From a bacterium (GTDB taxonomy: Bacteria > SAR324 > NAC60-12): DNA of 64,000 nucleotides. Below the pieces are notes generated by a model. The model searched no databases, was not told the origin of the DNA, and saw only the letters and a program-made list of their open reading frames with translations. A program made the position numbers and the translations under genes. The DNA is taken from NCBI GenBank assembly GCA_965233585.1, contig CBDDTI010000747.1, positions 864,001-928,000 of the forward strand, given 5' to 3'. Every line of letters starts with the position of its first letter. Position 1 is the stretch's first letter. Positions 46,876 to 56,824 of this stretch are shown piece after piece.

Positions 46876-48048
46876 TTAGCATTTGATTTGTCTTACTCCA
46901 TCAGAAATCTTGACCACAAGGGGTGATAGATGAATTTGATAACGTCGCTGGTAGCTTTCCGCAACATCTTTGACAAAAGATTCAATCTGTGTCTCATGGA
47001 TTAAATTGATGGTGCAACCTCCAAAGCCTCCGCCCATCATTCTTGAACCTAACACTCGTGAATCCTTTCTTGCAAAATCTGCTAAAAAATCTAATTCAAG
47101 ACAACTGACCTCATATAAATTTTGCAATCCTTCGTGCGATTGATTGAGCAACCTGCCAACTGCTTGCAAATCTTGTTGTTTCAGTGCTTCCACAGTCTTT
47201 AAAACACGTTGTTGTTCTTGAACTACAAAAATCGCTCTTCGTTTTTGGGTTGTTCCTAATGTTTCAGATAAATCATCAATCATCTCCAGTGAAGCATCAG
47301 CCAGAGAATGAACTTGAGGATATTTTTTTGCCAACGCCAACAAAGCAGATTCGCATTCTTCTCTGCGAGTGTTGTAAGCGGTTTCTCCCAAACTGTGCTT
47401 GACGTTACTATTGAGCAATAACAGTTGATAAGGGGCAAAATCTGCAGGAATCTGCTCATATTCCAGAGATTGACAATTCAGCAACAGGAGACAATTTTGT
47501 TGCCCTTTCACCACAGCAAATTGGTCCATGATTCCTACATTTGCTCCTGAAAAACGTTGCTCTGCCCGCTGGCATAGTTGAATCAAGGTCAGGTCGTCAA
47601 TTTGAAGGTCAAATAAAAAATTGACTCCTTTGGCAAAGCCACATAACAACGCCGCAGATGAACTCACTCCTGCACCAATCGGAAGCTGGCTTTCAATTAC
47701 ACAATCAAACCCTTTGATTTGTTGGGGACAAATTTTTTTAAACTCGGAAAGTACTCCCAAAAGGTACGTCAGCCAACCTGTTGCTGATTGAGCTTCACTT
47801 AAATTGACTGCAAAGCCTTCTTGATAGTCTTGACTGAGCAGATGAGCCGTGCCTTGACTTTCGTTTTTCCTGAAGGAGAAAATGAGCGATTGCTCAATAG
47901 CCGCAGGCAAGACACTCCCGCCATTGTAATCAATATGTTCCCCAATCAGGTTGATTCTACCGGGTGAGGCTATTTTGAAAGAGCAATCTGTCTGAACAGC
48001 CTTTTGAATTTGACTATACTGCTTTTTTGTCAGTGATGAAGGTGTCAT
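46876..48048 (-). CDS. galK: Galactokinase
   Basis: PGRINLIGEHIDYNGG, PIGAGVSSSAA, GIMDQF, YNTRREEC, GSRMMGGGFGGC. Confidence 0.96.
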   Translation of the reverse strand: MTPSSLTKKQYSQIQKAVQTDCSFKIASPGRINLIGEHIDYNGGSVLPAAIEQSLIFSFRKNESQGTAHLLSQDYQEGFAVNLSEAQSATGWLTYLLGVLSEFKKICPQQIKGFDCVIESQLPIGAGVSSSAALLCGFAKGVNFLFDLQIDDLTLIQLCQRAEQRFSGANVGIMDQFAVVKGQQNCLLLLNCQSLEYEQIPADFAPYQLLLLNSNVKHSLGETAYNTRREECESALLALAKKYPQVHSLADASLEMIDDLSETLGTTQKRRAIFVVQEQQRVLKTVEALKQQDLQAVGRLLNQSHEGLQNLYEVSCLELDFLADFARKDSRVLGSRMMGGGFGGCTINLIHETQIESFVKDVAESYQRRYQIHLSPLVVKISDGVRQIKC

Positions 48049-48191
48049 TTTTCTGCTAAAATCATATTTTGAACATACAGCCTCTTATTACTAGCATTAA
48101 ACTCATATTTGATATCTAACGGCAATTTTTCTAAATCTAATATTTTCCAACTTCTAACCTTGTATAAGCTAGTATTTTCTAAAAAAATTTC

Positions 48192-48951
48192 GGCATTGTT
48201 AAGTAATAAGTGATAGCTGATTATTCCGTTTTGCCATGAACAAAAGAACAGAATATTGTAATGCTTTAAGAGACTTGCTGTAACATTTGGTTTTCCTTCT
48301 CATTCTTGCCAAGAAATGTCTCAAGAGAGAATTATACCCTTCTATCGTGTATGTTTCTGCCTTGGAACATGTATGAATTTCTTTGGGAATGACTTGTTTG
48401 TAAGCCTTGCAGTGATCAGTCATCACCTGAAGAGGTTTTGTTTCCTTGACCTTGTCCCATAAATGCCTACAGGCTTTTGAGTCTCTGTTTCCAAGCACAC
48501 AATTGATAAATTGCTTCCCACATCTATCAACAGCAATCCAGAGCCAGCAGTAGTTTTTTTTGACTGGATGTAGGTGTGCATTTCATCAATTTCCATAATT
48601 TCAATGTCTGTGTCCTTTCTTAATGCCTTGAGCTGTTCGCCAAAACTACAGACCCAATTATAAACTGAAACATGAGAACAATTCAGCAAACGACCGATTG
48701 ACCTGAAACCAAGACCCTCCAAATACAACTCTAATGCTCTTCTTTTGATCTGTGGTGAGATTTGACCACGATAGGACTTGGTATATTGATAGTTGCAGGC
48801 ATTGCAACGCCTCCTCGGTTTACCATATAAAAAACCATTCTTAACCATCTTCTCACTTTCACATCTAGGACACGACTTCATTGCTACACCATGACTATCA
48901 ATTCAATTAAATGAACTTAATATCGCATATCACTTATAGTTTAACAATACC
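48192..48951 (-). mobile_element. IS1-family element, type A copy 1 (760 bp; insA/insB joined by -1 frameshift)
   Basis: Ends ggcattgttaagtaataagtgata and tatcacttatagtttaacaatacc. InsA 48423-48881 has CPRC..CNAC and an HTH. A8C slippery run at 48554-48561. InsB frame has TDH..Y and IEGYNS.LRH.LAR..RKTKCYSKS. No target duplication. Confidence 0.92.
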
Positions 48952-49049
48952 TTTTGTTTTAAATGACTAATGTAGGCTTTTTCAGATTTCCCCTCACAAA
49001 AGACATAATAAATTGGATTGATTTCTCTATTTTGGTTTTTCTTTCTCAT
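48952..49049 (-). pseudogene. rloB: 5' remnant of an RloB-family gene, truncated by IS1
   Basis: ATG 49049 overlaps the upstream TGA (ATGA). Translation MRKKNQNREINPIYYVFCEGKSEKAYISHLKQ contains the RloB CEG..E..Y motif and then runs into the IS end. Confidence 0.7.
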
Positions 49050-50284
49050 AACTCATCTTTGATAAAAGGAATTGCATCAAAACGACCATGTAAATAAGCT
49101 GTCTCTAAATCCATTGTGTCTTTAAAATCTTTGTAATCATAGAGAGAATACAGATCAGAAGAAGCATCTTGTTTTTTATTGACAAAATAAATTTGATCTT
49201 TCCGCATCTTTTCTAAATCTAAAAGACAAGTATTGTGTGTAGAAAAAATCAACTGGCTTTGTTTGCTTCTATGAAATAAGTTTAAAATATATTCTACAAT
49301 TTTAGGGTGCAAAGAAGTTTCTATCTCATCAATCAATAGTATTTTGTTATTAGAAAGAATATCAAAAATATTGAGTAGCACAAAAAACAATTTTTTGGTA
49401 CCGTCAGATTCTTCATTAAAAAAATCAAAAGCAATGTTAGGATTTTGTTTATGAAAAGTCAGAATTTGTAAACGATCTTCTATCTCATCTGCTATATTGA
49501 CTGTTAATTCTTGTTCAGAAACTTGTACATGTTTAGTTGGAATCTGGATTTTTCTACATTGAATATCTACAATGTCAAAATCAGCAACTTGTAAAGCTTT
49601 TAGTAAAAAACTCTTAGCCCCTTCATGGTAAAAACAAAATTCAATATTTTCCACTCTATTATCATAATATCCTAAAATAAATTTTTGATTAAAGTAATTA
49701 TAAAGGTTTTTAGCAAAATCCCTGTCCATTTGACTTGCCCTTGATAAATACAAGTTTTTGTTAGATGTATTTTCTGCTACATCAAAAGGTCTTTTAATTC
49801 CCAAACCAAACGTATACTTATCTTTTTTTTGTTCTCCTTTGGTCTCATCTCTTTCAAAAATTCTTGCTCTTCTACCATGAGGATAATAATGCAAAGATTC
49901 TTTGACAAAAGTATGTTGGTATAAATCTAAGGCAAAAGAATATTCATACTCTATTTTTTCATGGATAAAACGAATTTGAAATGTGCTTAATTTTTCTTTA
50001 GGGTTAAATTTAAAAGGTTTAATATTAAAACTAATATCTTGGTTAAATTGATGTGACTCCAAAATCAAATGACAACAAAATCTAATCGCTTTAATGATAT
50101 TGCTTTTTCCAGAAGCATTTGCTCCATAAATCGCAACAGTTTTCAATATTTTTTCTTTACCTATCTCAAAAAAATGATCTTTTAAATTTTTAGCATTTTT
50201 ACTGTGAATATTTCCTGCTCTCAAATCTAAAATCACTTCTTCATTAATAGAGAAAAAATTGGATAATCTAATTTCTAAAATCAT
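49046..50284 (-). CDS. rloA: RloA/AbiEii-like AAA_21 ATPase
   Basis: NFFSI, IYGANASGKSN, ESDGTKKL, LLIDEIETSLHP, QLIFSTH, RKDQIYFV, YLHGRFDAIP. Confidence 0.85.
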   Translation of the reverse strand: MILEIRLSNFFSINEEVILDLRAGNIHSKNAKNLKDHFFEIGKEKILKTVAIYGANASGKSNIIKAIRFCCHLILESHQFNQDISFNIKPFKFNPKEKLSTFQIRFIHEKIEYEYSFALDLYQHTFVKESLHYYPHGRRARIFERDETKGEQKKDKYTFGLGIKRPFDVAENTSNKNLYLSRASQMDRDFAKNLYNYFNQKFILGYYDNRVENIEFCFYHEGAKSFLLKALQVADFDIVDIQCRKIQIPTKHVQVSEQELTVNIADEIEDRLQILTFHKQNPNIAFDFFNEESDGTKKLFFVLLNIFDILSNNKILLIDEIETSLHPKIVEYILNLFHRSKQSQLIFSTHNTCLLDLEKMRKDQIYFVNKKQDASSDLYSLYDYKDFKDTMDLETAYLHGRFDAIPFIKDEL

Positions 50285-50325
50285 TTTTCAATCACACCCT
50301 CAAACATAAATTCATAAATTACTTA

Positions 50326-51051
50326 TCATTCGTTTTCTTTGACTTCTACTTTCACAGTCTCCAACCCCACACCTTCTCCCTCCTCAATCGCTACCTCAAC
50401 CGCCTGCTTTGCCACTTCCAAAAGTCTTTCGCTTTCTTGTTTTAAAGCAAAACTTTCTTCTATTTTTTCGGCAATTTGGGTTTGGGTTTCTTTTGTGATG
50501 ATGGGGATAGAAATATTTAAAAATTCGTCTTTATTGATAGCTGTTAAAATTGTACCTGAACAATTTTGTTTTAATATTGTTTGCAATAGCTTTGATTTAA
50601 ATAAAACAAGTAGTGTTTGAGAATTTATTTTTTGACAATTTATCACATAAAAACCAGTAGAACACGAACTATTATTTTATTCTTTTGTGATTAAAGCACA
50701 AGAACTTAAATTTCCTTCAATAGAACTAATAATGACATCTCTTGTATTTACTTTTCGTCTTGCTCGTGAAGGTAAATTTTTACCTAAATCTTTTGTAAAT
50801 CCGTTTATTCCTCCCATGTCATCTATATTTGATAATTCTAAATATTTGTATTCTTTTTCGTCTGCAGGCTTATAATTTTTTAATTTTATCTCACAAATAT
50901 TATTTATTGTATCATTACCATTTTTATAGTTTAAAATAAGTTGATTATAATCTTCATACTTTACTTGATAATACTCTGCATCCAGCCTGCCACTTGTTCC
51001 AAAACTTCCGCTAAAAGATTTGATGTTAATCCCCCCTGCCCCCTTTGTAAA
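50326..51051 (-). pseudogene. Restriction-modification specificity (S)-like subunit; 5'-truncated, with an internal stop
   Basis: RLDAEYY, LPSRARRKV..RDVIISSIEG, then an in-frame TAA (50677-50679), then STGFYVI, IPII..ETQTQIA. The 5' end abuts IS1. Confidence 0.75.
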
Positions 51052-51824
51052 GGCAGTGTTCACTTGGTGTTGGCATGATGTCTTTCAAATCTTTTATAGT
51101 CAAAGAAAAGTTGGAGAGAGAGTTCCAGCATGTCCAAAGTTTTAGAATGTCGTTTAGATTTTCTCATCAAACGAGCTAGGTTATCTCTGATGGAAGAATT
51201 AGAAGATTCAATGAGATGAGTCTTTTTTTGACCTATTTCGTGGTTCTCTGGAATTTGTCATTGAGCAAATGCCACTTGATAGCATGAGTTGGCATCGGTA
51301 TAGATTGTCTTCATTCTAGGTCGCTGTTCTTTGACTAGTGCATACAGCTTTTGGGCAGCTGCTCATCCTTTGCCTATCACAAAGGCAATCACACATTGCT
51401 CTCTACGAGAGTCTGCTATCCAAACAGCTACTCTTTGACTTTTTTTTGAACAAAAGTATAGATTTCATCCATCTCTATACTATCTACTTGTTCATGGAAA
51501 CTTGGTGCGTCTTTTGGGAGTTGAGACACTCTGGCTTTTTTGATCCAGTTGAGAACAGAAGTTGGAGATACCTGCACAAAACGAGCTATCTTTCTGATGC
51601 CTACACTATTGACATACATTTCTAAAGCTTGACGCTTGGTCTCTAGTGGGATTCTCAACCCATTTGAACTGAATGACCTCCCACATGATTTGCAAACATA
51701 TCCCTGCACTCCTTTGCAACTTCCATTCTTGATGTCATTCTGACTCCCACAATGATGGCAACTTCTCATATTCATTCCTCAAATTCACTCTCATACGCAA
51801 TAACAACACTAAGTGAACATTGCC
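51052..51824 (-). mobile_element. IS1-family element, type B (773 bp), degenerate
   Basis: 21-bp imperfect terminal inverted repeats ggcagtgttcacttggtgttg and caacactaagtgaacattgcc. InsA 51428-51775 has CHHC..CKSC, an HTH, EMDE and an A8 run. The InsB frame has two internal TGA codons (51363-51365, 51258-51260). Confidence 0.88.
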
Positions 51825-51864
51825 TTCTGTGAAGGGGAATAAGTCCTTCCTCTTTTTCCTTTCA

Positions 51865-52104
51865 CCATTGCAGGCTTGACCCGCAATTTCTCTTTTTCTC
51901 ATTCTGTTTTCACTTTCGTCATTGCAGGCTTGACCCGCATCTCACTCTTGTTTTTTGAGATTCCGTGTCAAGCACGGAATGACTTGAGACATTTTTGTCA
52001 TTCTTTCTTTCTTTCTCGTCATTCCTGCGAAAGCAGGAATCCATGCCCTGATTGATGATAGATTCCGTGTCAAGCACGAAATGACGAAGAGAGGCACGGA
52101 ATGA
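51865..52104. repeat. Cluster of GTCAT-type REP palindromes
   Basis: cattgcaggcttgacccgca twice, agattccgtgtcaagcacg(g/a)aatgac twice, gtcattcctgcgaaagcaggaatcca. Confidence 0.85.
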
Positions 52105-52137
52105 CTGGGAACAGACTGCAGGCTTGTGTTTTGGTTT

Positions 52138-53883
52138 TTAAATATGAATGTATCCTCCAGTTGCTCCGTGTGCCGCCTCCATAATGGTTTCTGACAAAGT
52201 TGGGTGTGCATGAATGTTATGGGCAATTTCCTCAATGGTCAATTCATTGGCTTGTGCAAGAGTGAGTTGGGGCAAAAGCTCTGTTACAGAGTCCCCAATC
52301 ATGTGAGCGCCAATGAGTTCACCATATTTGGAATCTGTGATGATTTTGATGAAGCCTTCATTTGCTCCAATACCCAGTGCTTTGCCATTGGCAGAATAAG
52401 GGAATTGATAGACGGTGGAATGAGGAAAATGCTCTTTGGCTTGTTCTTCTGTCCAGCCCATTGATGCGATTTGAGGGGAGCAGTAAGTGGCACGGGGAAT
52501 CATTTCATACTGAATGTTTCGGGAGTGAAGCCCTGCAATACTTTCAATGGCAGACATGCCCATCGTAGATGCCACATGAGCCAGCATTAACTTTCCTGTG
52601 ACGTCTCCGATGGCATAGACATTGTCAACATTGGTTTGCATGTTGCTGTTGATGACAATCCTGCCATTATCCAGAGCGATTCCAATTTTTTCCAGACCAA
52701 GACCTTGAGTGAAAGGTACAAAACCGACTGCAGAAAGCACATAATCTGCAGAAAGCTGGTGTTCCTTGCCGTCTTGTTCAATGGAGAGTGTAGCGATTTT
52801 GTCCTTCACAGAAACGTTTTGAAGCTGTGCGTTGGTCAAGACACGCATGCCGTCTTTTTCAAATGATTTTTTCAAAAGAGCAGAGACTTCAGCATCTTCG
52901 TTGGGGACAATCCTATCGGCAACCTCCAAAATGGTGACATCTACCCCGTAAGCATTCCAGATGGTGGCAAACTCAACACCGATTGCACCTGACCCAACCA
53001 CAATCACTTTTTTAGGCAGGGTGTCTTTTAAAATGGCTTCTTCATAGGTCACGATGGTTTCGCCATCAACAGGAAGTTGGGGCAGAGTTCTCACAGAAGC
53101 ACCAGTAGAAATGATGAAGTGTTTAGCAGTCAATTCAGTTTGCTTGCCACTTTCGTTGGTGAGCAAAAGTTTGTGTTGGTCTTGAAAAGCAGCAGCAGCC
53201 ATGTGAACGCTGATTCCGTTTTTACGCATCAGATAATTGACGCCTTTGGTCAGCTGGTCAGCAGTAGCACGAGACCTTTTAAATGCCACTCCAAAGTCAG
53301 CACCGAAGTTTTTAAAATTTAAACCAAATTCAGCTGAACGTTGATGAACCGTATGCACCAGCTCAGCATTGGCAAGCAGTGCTTTGGTTGGAATACAGCC
53401 AATGTTTAGGCAGACTCCTCCTAGCCATCTTTTATCAATGATGGCAACCTTCAGTCCAAGTTGAGATGCACGAATTGCCGAAACATACCCGCCCGGTCCT
53501 GCTCCAATGACTGCAACATCATAATCAAAATGTTGATTTGATGAATGAGACGAATGCACGGCAGGTGCTTCTTTGACTTTAGGAGTCTGTGATGATGAAG
53601 GTGGTGCAGCAACGTTAGGAGCGTGTTCTTCAAACGTCTCATCTGCTATTTCTGTAAGAATCGCAATGGGTGTTCCGACTTTGATCGTTTCACCTGCTTT
53701 CACAAGATATTTGCGAATGAAACCATCATCTAAAATCTCATAATCAACAACTGCCTTGTCTGTTTCAATTTGTGCAAAGAGTTCCCCTGCAGAAACTTCT
53801 GCACCAATTTCCTTTTCCCACGAACGCAAAACACCTTCCTCCATTGTGGGACTGAGGCTAGGCATGAGAATTGTTTTTGCCAT
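52138..53883 (-). CDS. lpdA: Dihydrolipoamide dehydrogenase with an N-terminal lipoyl domain
   Basis: MPSLSPTMEEG...IETDKA lipoyl domain, GAGPGG, GGVCLNIGCIPTK, GSGAIG, HAHPTLSE. Confidence 0.96.
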   Translation of the reverse strand: MAKTILMPSLSPTMEEGVLRSWEKEIGAEVSAGELFAQIETDKAVVDYEILDDGFIRKYLVKAGETIKVGTPIAILTEIADETFEEHAPNVAAPPSSSQTPKVKEAPAVHSSHSSNQHFDYDVAVIGAGPGGYVSAIRASQLGLKVAIIDKRWLGGVCLNIGCIPTKALLANAELVHTVHQRSAEFGLNFKNFGADFGVAFKRSRATADQLTKGVNYLMRKNGISVHMAAAAFQDQHKLLLTNESGKQTELTAKHFIISTGASVRTLPQLPVDGETIVTYEEAILKDTLPKKVIVVGSGAIGVEFATIWNAYGVDVTILEVADRIVPNEDAEVSALLKKSFEKDGMRVLTNAQLQNVSVKDKIATLSIEQDGKEHQLSADYVLSAVGFVPFTQGLGLEKIGIALDNGRIVINSNMQTNVDNVYAIGDVTGKLMLAHVASTMGMSAIESIAGLHSRNIQYEMIPRATYCSPQIASMGWTEEQAKEHFPHSTVYQFPYSANGKALGIGANEGFIKIITDSKYGELIGAHMIGDSVTELLPQLTLAQANELTIEEIAHNIHAHPTLSETIMEAAHGATGGYIHI

Positions 53884-54017
53884 AGTTTGTTTTTCTTTCT
53901 TGCTAAAGGGTCAGTTAAAAATCTCCTGTCATTTTTTGATTGAGTTTGCCAAATAAATCCACTGTTTTAAAATAAAACTCTGACAATAAGTTGTCATGTT
54001 GATTGAACATATTGATT

Positions 54018-56045
54018 TCAAAATTTTTTTTTAATATGGTCTTTGATTGCATCTTGAAAAGTGTTTTGATTTAACTCAATTCCAATGCCAATTCTATTGA
54101 GTTGTTTGGCGACAATGGGTGTTGTAAAACTTCCTGCAAAGGGGTCTAATACTTTTTCTCCTTCATAAGAGAACATATTGATTGCAAATTGTGGGATTTC
54201 TTTGGGGAATGGAGCTGTATGTCCTAAGGAGTTCTGACCTTTTGAGTTGATTTTAATAACGGGGCTAAATTGCACAATATCCCGCCTCCATTTTTTGATG
54301 AACTCATGGTCAATTTCATGGGATTCTGATTGATGGGATTGAGTCATTAATGTTTTTAGTGAAAATCGCTTGCCTCTGTTACTTTTGCTCCGTTCAAAGC
54401 ACTCTAAATTTTTACATTCCCAACTCATCAAACCAATCTCTGATTGTGTATTGCCATTGACTTTCAAAGTGCCACAAACAGGACAGGGGTATCTGGTTTT
54501 GTCTAATCTGTGCTTATGAAAAACCAATAAATGTTCATAGCAATTTGCAGGGTATTGATAAAAAGGAAAGGGGCGATTTCCGTTTTTATGCCTTTCACTT
54601 TGGACTTCTCCTTTGTCCCAAATAAAATCATCTACAAAAGTAAACCCTTCTTCTTCAAAAATTTGAATGAAATAAGCACCTAAAGGGAGTCGTCTTTTGC
54701 CCCAAACTGCTTTAGTTTTCAAATGATCATTGTCAAAAATATCACCAACATTCCAAACAATGACTCTGTGATTGTCTAGTATTCTGTAAGATTCTCTAAT
54801 TACTTTTTTCATCTCATCTAAGTAATCATTCAGATTGTTCCATTGAGAATACTTTCTGGCATTGTAGTATGGAGGAGAAGTGACAATGCAATGAATGGAT
54901 TCTGATTTTAGTTTTTTCAAAACTTGCAAGCAGTCTCCCCAAATAATTTTAATGTCTTGATTGAAATGTTCGGCATTGTTAAGTAATAAGTGATAGCTGA
55001 TTATTCCGTTTTGCCATGAACAAAAGAACAGAATATTGTAATGCTTTAAGAGACTTGCTGTAACATTTGGTTTTCCTTCTCATTCTTGCCAAGAAATGTC
55101 TCAAGAGAGAATTATACCCTTCTATCGTGTATGTTTCTGCCTTGGAACATGTATGAATTTCTTTGGGAATGACTTGTTTGTAAGCCTTGCAGTGATCAGT
55201 CATCACCTGAAGAGGTTTTGTTTCCTTGACCTTGTCCCATAAATGCCTACAGGCTTTTGAGTCTCTGTTTCCAAGCACACAATTGATAAATTGCTTCCCA
55301 CATCTATCAACAGCAATCCAGAGCCAGCAGTAGTTTTTTTTGACTGGATGTAGGTGTGCATTTCATCAATTTCCATAATTTCAATGTCTGTGTCCTTTCT
55401 TAATGCCTTGAGCTGTTCGCCAAAACTACAGACCCAATTATAAACTGAAACATGAGAACAATTCAGCAAACGACCGATTGACCTGAAACCAAGACCCTCC
55501 AAATACAACTCTAATGCTCTTCTTTTGATCTGTGGTGAGATTTGACCACGATAGGACTTGGTATATTGATAGTTGCAGGCATTGCAACGCCTCCTCGGTT
55601 TACCATATAAGAAACCATTCTTAACCGTCTTCTCACTTTCACATCTAGGACACAACTTCATTGCTACACCATGACTATCAATTCAATTAAATGAACTTAA
55701 TATCGCATATCACTTATAGTTTAACAATACCAAATGTTCTATAAATTGATTGAGTTTCTGATCTGATTTTTTGTATTGATTTTGATAGATTTTTTTGACA
55801 GATTTGATATAGGTTTCTGAAAAATTTTTGATGATAGTTTCTCTTTCTTTGATTTCAAAAACAAACTGAATTTCTTCTAAGAACGTCGCTAGTTGTTTTT
55901 GATTGAAAGTTTGTTTTAAATATGGATGGCTAATCGCTAAAATTTTTTGAAGGTAATGTTCAGAAACAACTTCTTTGCCCTGCAAATGTAAAACACCTTC
56001 CTCCATGATTGGATTGAGTCTAGGCATCAAAGTTGTTTTTGCCAT
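54018..56045 (-). pseudogene. Beta-class N4-C/N6-A DNA methyltransferase interrupted by IS1
   Basis: Removing the IS and one 8-bp duplication joins 55710-56045 and 54018-54929 in frame (FIEHFNQDIKIIWGDCLQVL). Motifs VTSPPY, HTAPFP, VLDPFAGS, IGIEL. Confidence 0.9.
54972..55731 (-). mobile_element. IS1-family element, type A copy 2 (760 bp) with an 8-bp target-site duplication
   Basis: Near-identical to 48192-48951 (three substitutions seen, all near the insA start). AAATGTTC flanks it at 54964-54971 and 55732-55739. Confidence 0.95.
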
Positions 56046-56081
56046 GTTTTGCTTTTGTTTGTAGGAATTGATTCATTTCAG

Positions 56082-56738
56082 CTAAACTTTGTTTTGTAAT
56101 TGTCCCAAAAAAGTTTGTGGAGACAAATAAAAATTTGCAAAGACTTCTTCAAAGTCATCTGCAACAGATTTTTTTGTCAATTCTTGCTTGACCAGATGCT
56201 CTTGCCACTCCTTAACTTTGGGATATTGGTCAAGAAAATCATAACCCGTGTGTTTTTGAACAACTGAAAAGCGGTGCAGCAGTATCAGCCATGCTATATC
56301 AACATTGCTGATAGATTGACCTTTGAAAAAAGGGCAGACAATCTGGTTCTCTGCCTTAGCAAAGGTTTTTCCCAGCTTTTCTTTTCTATCAAGTAAAGTG
56401 TTCTCATCAGGACTTCTCATTGCTCCACATTGTGCTAGATAGTGCTTGGTTGCTTGACAACTCCAAGCACGGTCTATTGCACGTTGTTCTGGAGTCAAAT
56501 GAGGTTCTAAAGGTTGGGTTACTTCATCAATGTATTCCACAATGGCATCTGACTCAAACAAGGCTGCCCCTGTATCTGTCATCAGGATAGGAACTTGAGT
56601 ATTTGGAGATAAATCTAAAAACCACTCTGGCTTATTTTGAAGGCTAATATACTCAACATGGTATGAAATATTTTTAGCTTCCAAAAAGGCTGTTACTCTT
56701 TGGACAAAAGGGCAAATTTTAAAACTAATCACTTTCAT
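56082..56738 (-). CDS. Glutathione S-transferase family protein
   Basis: CPFVQRV, KPEWFLDLSP..QVP.L, LFESDAIVEYIDE. Confidence 0.9.
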   Translation of the reverse strand: MKVISFKICPFVQRVTAFLEAKNISYHVEYISLQNKPEWFLDLSPNTQVPILMTDTGAALFESDAIVEYIDEVTQPLEPHLTPEQRAIDRAWSCQATKHYLAQCGAMRSPDENTLLDRKEKLGKTFAKAENQIVCPFFKGQSISNVDIAWLILLHRFSVVQKHTGYDFLDQYPKVKEWQEHLVKQELTKKSVADDFEEVFANFYLSPQTFLGQLQNKV

Positions 56739-56824
56739 TGCTTGTGCCTTGTCTGCTGTCTTTGACTCTCAAGATATAAAACTTTGCAAAGATTATCAAT
56801 CATTGAAAGCCATTATGTGATGAA

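Noticed and set aside
51258..51365. Two in-frame TGA codons in insB suggesting TGA recoding
   Set aside because: Many intact genes in the window end in TGA, and this element shows other signs of decay. Nonsense mutation is the simpler explanation.
51942..52235. 97-aa ORF downstream of lpdA
   Set aside because: It is a translation of REP palindromes (VIPCLTRNL, WIPAFAGMT) overlapping the lpdA end, not a credible gene.
48192..55731. Composite transposon bounded by the two IS1-A copies
   Set aside because: Copy 2 has its own perfect 8-bp duplication inside the methyltransferase gene, so it inserted independently. The outer flanks (aaaatttc/aaatgttc) differ, and the span includes housekeeping lpdA.
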